Shown here: positions 24,488 through 26,088 of the stretch, one piece after another | Layout of the letters: every line of letters begins with the position of its first letter | Numbering within the stretch: position 1 is the stretch's first letter | Origin: Pyrinomonadaceae bacterium | GTDB taxonomy: Bacteria; Acidobacteriota; Blastocatellia; Pyrinomonadales; Pyrinomonadaceae | Assembly: GCA_036387415.1 (NCBI GenBank) | Contig: DASVTU010000020.1 | Coordinates: forward strand, 1-26,088 | Length of the DNA stretch: 26,088 nt | Direction of reading: 5' to 3' | Notes under the pieces: model-generated | Told to the model about the DNA's origin: nothing | Databases searched by the model: none | What the model saw: the letters and a program-made list of their open reading frames with translations, nothing else | Made by a program: the position numbers and the translations under genes

Positions 24488-25714
24488 TTAATGCGGCCTC
24501 TCAAGCGGAGGCACGACGGCGCAGAATTCGTCCACGAAGCGACGCGCATACTCGTCGAGCAACTCGCGCACGCGCGCCTGACTCGGCGAACGCACGATGA
24601 GGCCGACGTGGTAGTTTTTATCGACGCGATAGACGATTTCCGGCTCGGTGTAGTTGGAAGTATCCGGCTGTTGCTGACGCGCCAGAGACAACACGATGCC
24701 GCCATACTCTCGACGCGTGGGCGCGACTTCGTAAGGCTGCTCGCCGCCCGCAAGTTCTATCTTCGCCCACTCGCGCCATAGATTGACGCCGCACGCCGCT
24801 TCGTGATTCTCCGCCGTGTATGCGCCGCCGACACGCGACGCGACTTCGAGAAAATAGAAACGACCGTCCAGGGCGCTCTTGATAAATTCGGCGTGCGCCG
24901 CGCCGCGCCTGAGTCGGAGACTTGCGAGAAGTTGGCGGTTGATTTCAAACAGAATCTTTTCATCTTCCGAATCGTGCTCGACCGTGTAAGAGATAAAGAC
25001 GCCGCCCTGATGCGCGACATCCATCGGCGGACGCCCGTAAACATTCGCGCCCGCGAAAACCACTTCGCCTTCGTGCACCAGCGAATCGACGTGGTAGACA
25101 TCGCCCGCCACGAAGCGTTCGAGCAGATAGTTGGAAGAATGTTCCTGCCACGCGCCGCGCGCGTCGAGCGCATCAATCGCGCGCCAGACCTGTTCCGATT
25201 CCTCCAACTTTTGAATCCCGATGGCCGACACGTCCGAGCGCGGTTTGAGCACCCACGGCGGCGGCACGCGATTCATATAATTTCGCACCGCCGCATAATT
25301 TAAGAGGTGCACAAACGCGGGGACGCGGATGCCCGCCTCCTCGGCTCTCACGCGCATCGCCAACTTGTCGCGGAAAAGGCGCGCCGTCGAAATTCCCATT
25401 CCTGCGAGACGCAAGTGTTCACGGATGAGCGCCGCCGTCCCCACGTCGTATTCTTCAAGCGCGACGAGACGGTCAATCCTCTCTCTACGCGCCAGTTGCG
25501 TCGCGCGTTCCAGATATGCGTCGGGAGAAGCGTCGTCCGGCACGGCGATGATTTCGTCAATGCTTTCGCGTGGCCAAGCCTCCGGCAATAACTTCTCCTT
25601 CGTCAACAGAAACACGCGCGCGCCCTGCCGTCTGCACTGGCGCAGGAAATCCACGCCCTTGAAATAACTCGCCAGACAAACCACATTCAAGGCATGAGTC
25701 CGTTTTTCCGCCAC
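24488..25714 (-). CDS. ATP-grasp family carboxylate-amine ligase; preferred start GTG 25714 (the track's TTG start at 25801 remains possible)
   Basis: ATP-grasp-type blocks (WVLKPRSDVSAIGIQKL; HAEFIKSALDGRFYFLEVASRVGG). A gagaagg lies 8 nt before GTG 25714. Third-position GC is ~50% upstream of 25714 and ~70% downstream. Confidence 0.75.
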   Translation of the reverse strand: MAEKRTHALNVVCLASYFKGVDFLRQCRRQGARVFLLTKEKLLPEAWPRESIDEIIAVPDDASPDAYLERATQLARRERIDRLVALEEYDVGTAALIREHLRLAGMGISTARLFRDKLAMRVRAEEAGIRVPAFVHLLNYAAVRNYMNRVPPPWVLKPRSDVSAIGIQKLEESEQVWRAIDALDARGAWQEHSSNYLLERFVAGDVYHVDSLVHEGEVVFAGANVYGRPPMDVAHQGGVFISYTVEHDSEDEKILFEINRQLLASLRLRRGAAHAEFIKSALDGRFYFLEVASRVGGAYTAENHEAACGVNLWREWAKIELAGGEQPYEVAPTRREYGGIVLSLARQQQPDTSNYTEPEIVYRVDKNYHVGLIVRSPSQARVRELLDEYARRFVDEFCAVVPPLERPH

Positions 25715-26088
25715 AAAGTTTACCTTCTCTCGTCTTGTCTCAGCGTCGCATGGAAAATGGGCGGTGTAAGTATATCTCGTTTCAATCGACGCACACAGCA
25801 AAGCGGCGAAGGCTCACTTGATGAACCTCCGCCGCTCTCGTCTTTTTCGATGTCTATACTGCTTCTTGACCGAACGACTGCGGGATTCCAAACGCCTCCG
25901 GTCTCTCTCTGTTTCAAACACTGTTCCGGCAGCAATCCGGCAGCATTAGTAGATATTGAAGGAGTATTCTACCGTCACCCACTGCGATACCGTCCTCCCG
26001 TCCTTCTGCGCCGGCGTAAACCTGATCTGCCTCGCCGCCGCTATCGCTCTCTCCGTCAACCCGTCCGGTAATCCCTTCACTACCTGAA

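Noticed and set aside
25720-25935. 71-aa minus-strand ORF ending 5 nt before the ATP-grasp GTG
   Set aside because: Not annotated as a gene. Third-position GC is ~49% and no obvious RBS precedes it. It is discussed as a speculative precursor-peptide candidate only.

Overview
This 26-kb window comes from a high-GC (about 60%) bacterial chromosome. It is most likely Acidobacteriota, an inference from the Acidobacteria-type C-terminal domain in the 724-aa secreted protein. I can support 21 protein-coding genes, four intrinsic-terminator candidates and a few candidate regulatory sites. I found no rRNA, tRNA, CRISPR array, transposase/integrase or other mobile-element signature.

Left 9 kb, all minus strand:
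- ECF sigma factor plus zf-HC2 anti-sigma factor with overlapping TAATG stop/start.
- Two paralogous signal-peptide HEAT-repeat proteins; the run ends at a long hairpin.
- A separately terminated unit: a small membrane protein plus a 734-aa SPFH/band-7 protein with three internal ~78-aa repeats.
- A second ECF sigma / zf-HC2 anti-sigma pair that runs off the left edge.
- An unusual heptamer/14-mer repeat array upstream of the first sigma gene.

Middle:
- Aldo-keto reductase.
- Two large secreted proteins. One has a FecR-like domain, a Trp-rich segment and a ~370-aa Arg/Glu/Pro-rich disordered tail. The other ends in an IPT/TIG-like domain plus an Acidobacteria-type C-terminal domain.
- YbdK-type carboxylate-amine ligase divergent from a DSD1-family PLP enzyme.
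- Inorganic pyrophosphatase with a Lys-rich tail.
- DEDDh exonuclease.

Right:
- Housekeeping genes rbp, infA and rpsU, each with clear terminators.
- S9 peptidase plus an ATP-grasp ligase pair.

The ORF track prints TTG/GTG starts as M, so several track starts are over-extended; I give my preferred starts. Hand-located small features are accurate to about +-2 nt. I have no single proven novel system. The best candidates are the sigma/anti-sigma/HEAT cluster, the SPFH unit, the heptamer array, the FecR-like tailed protein and the ATP-grasp/S9 pair.
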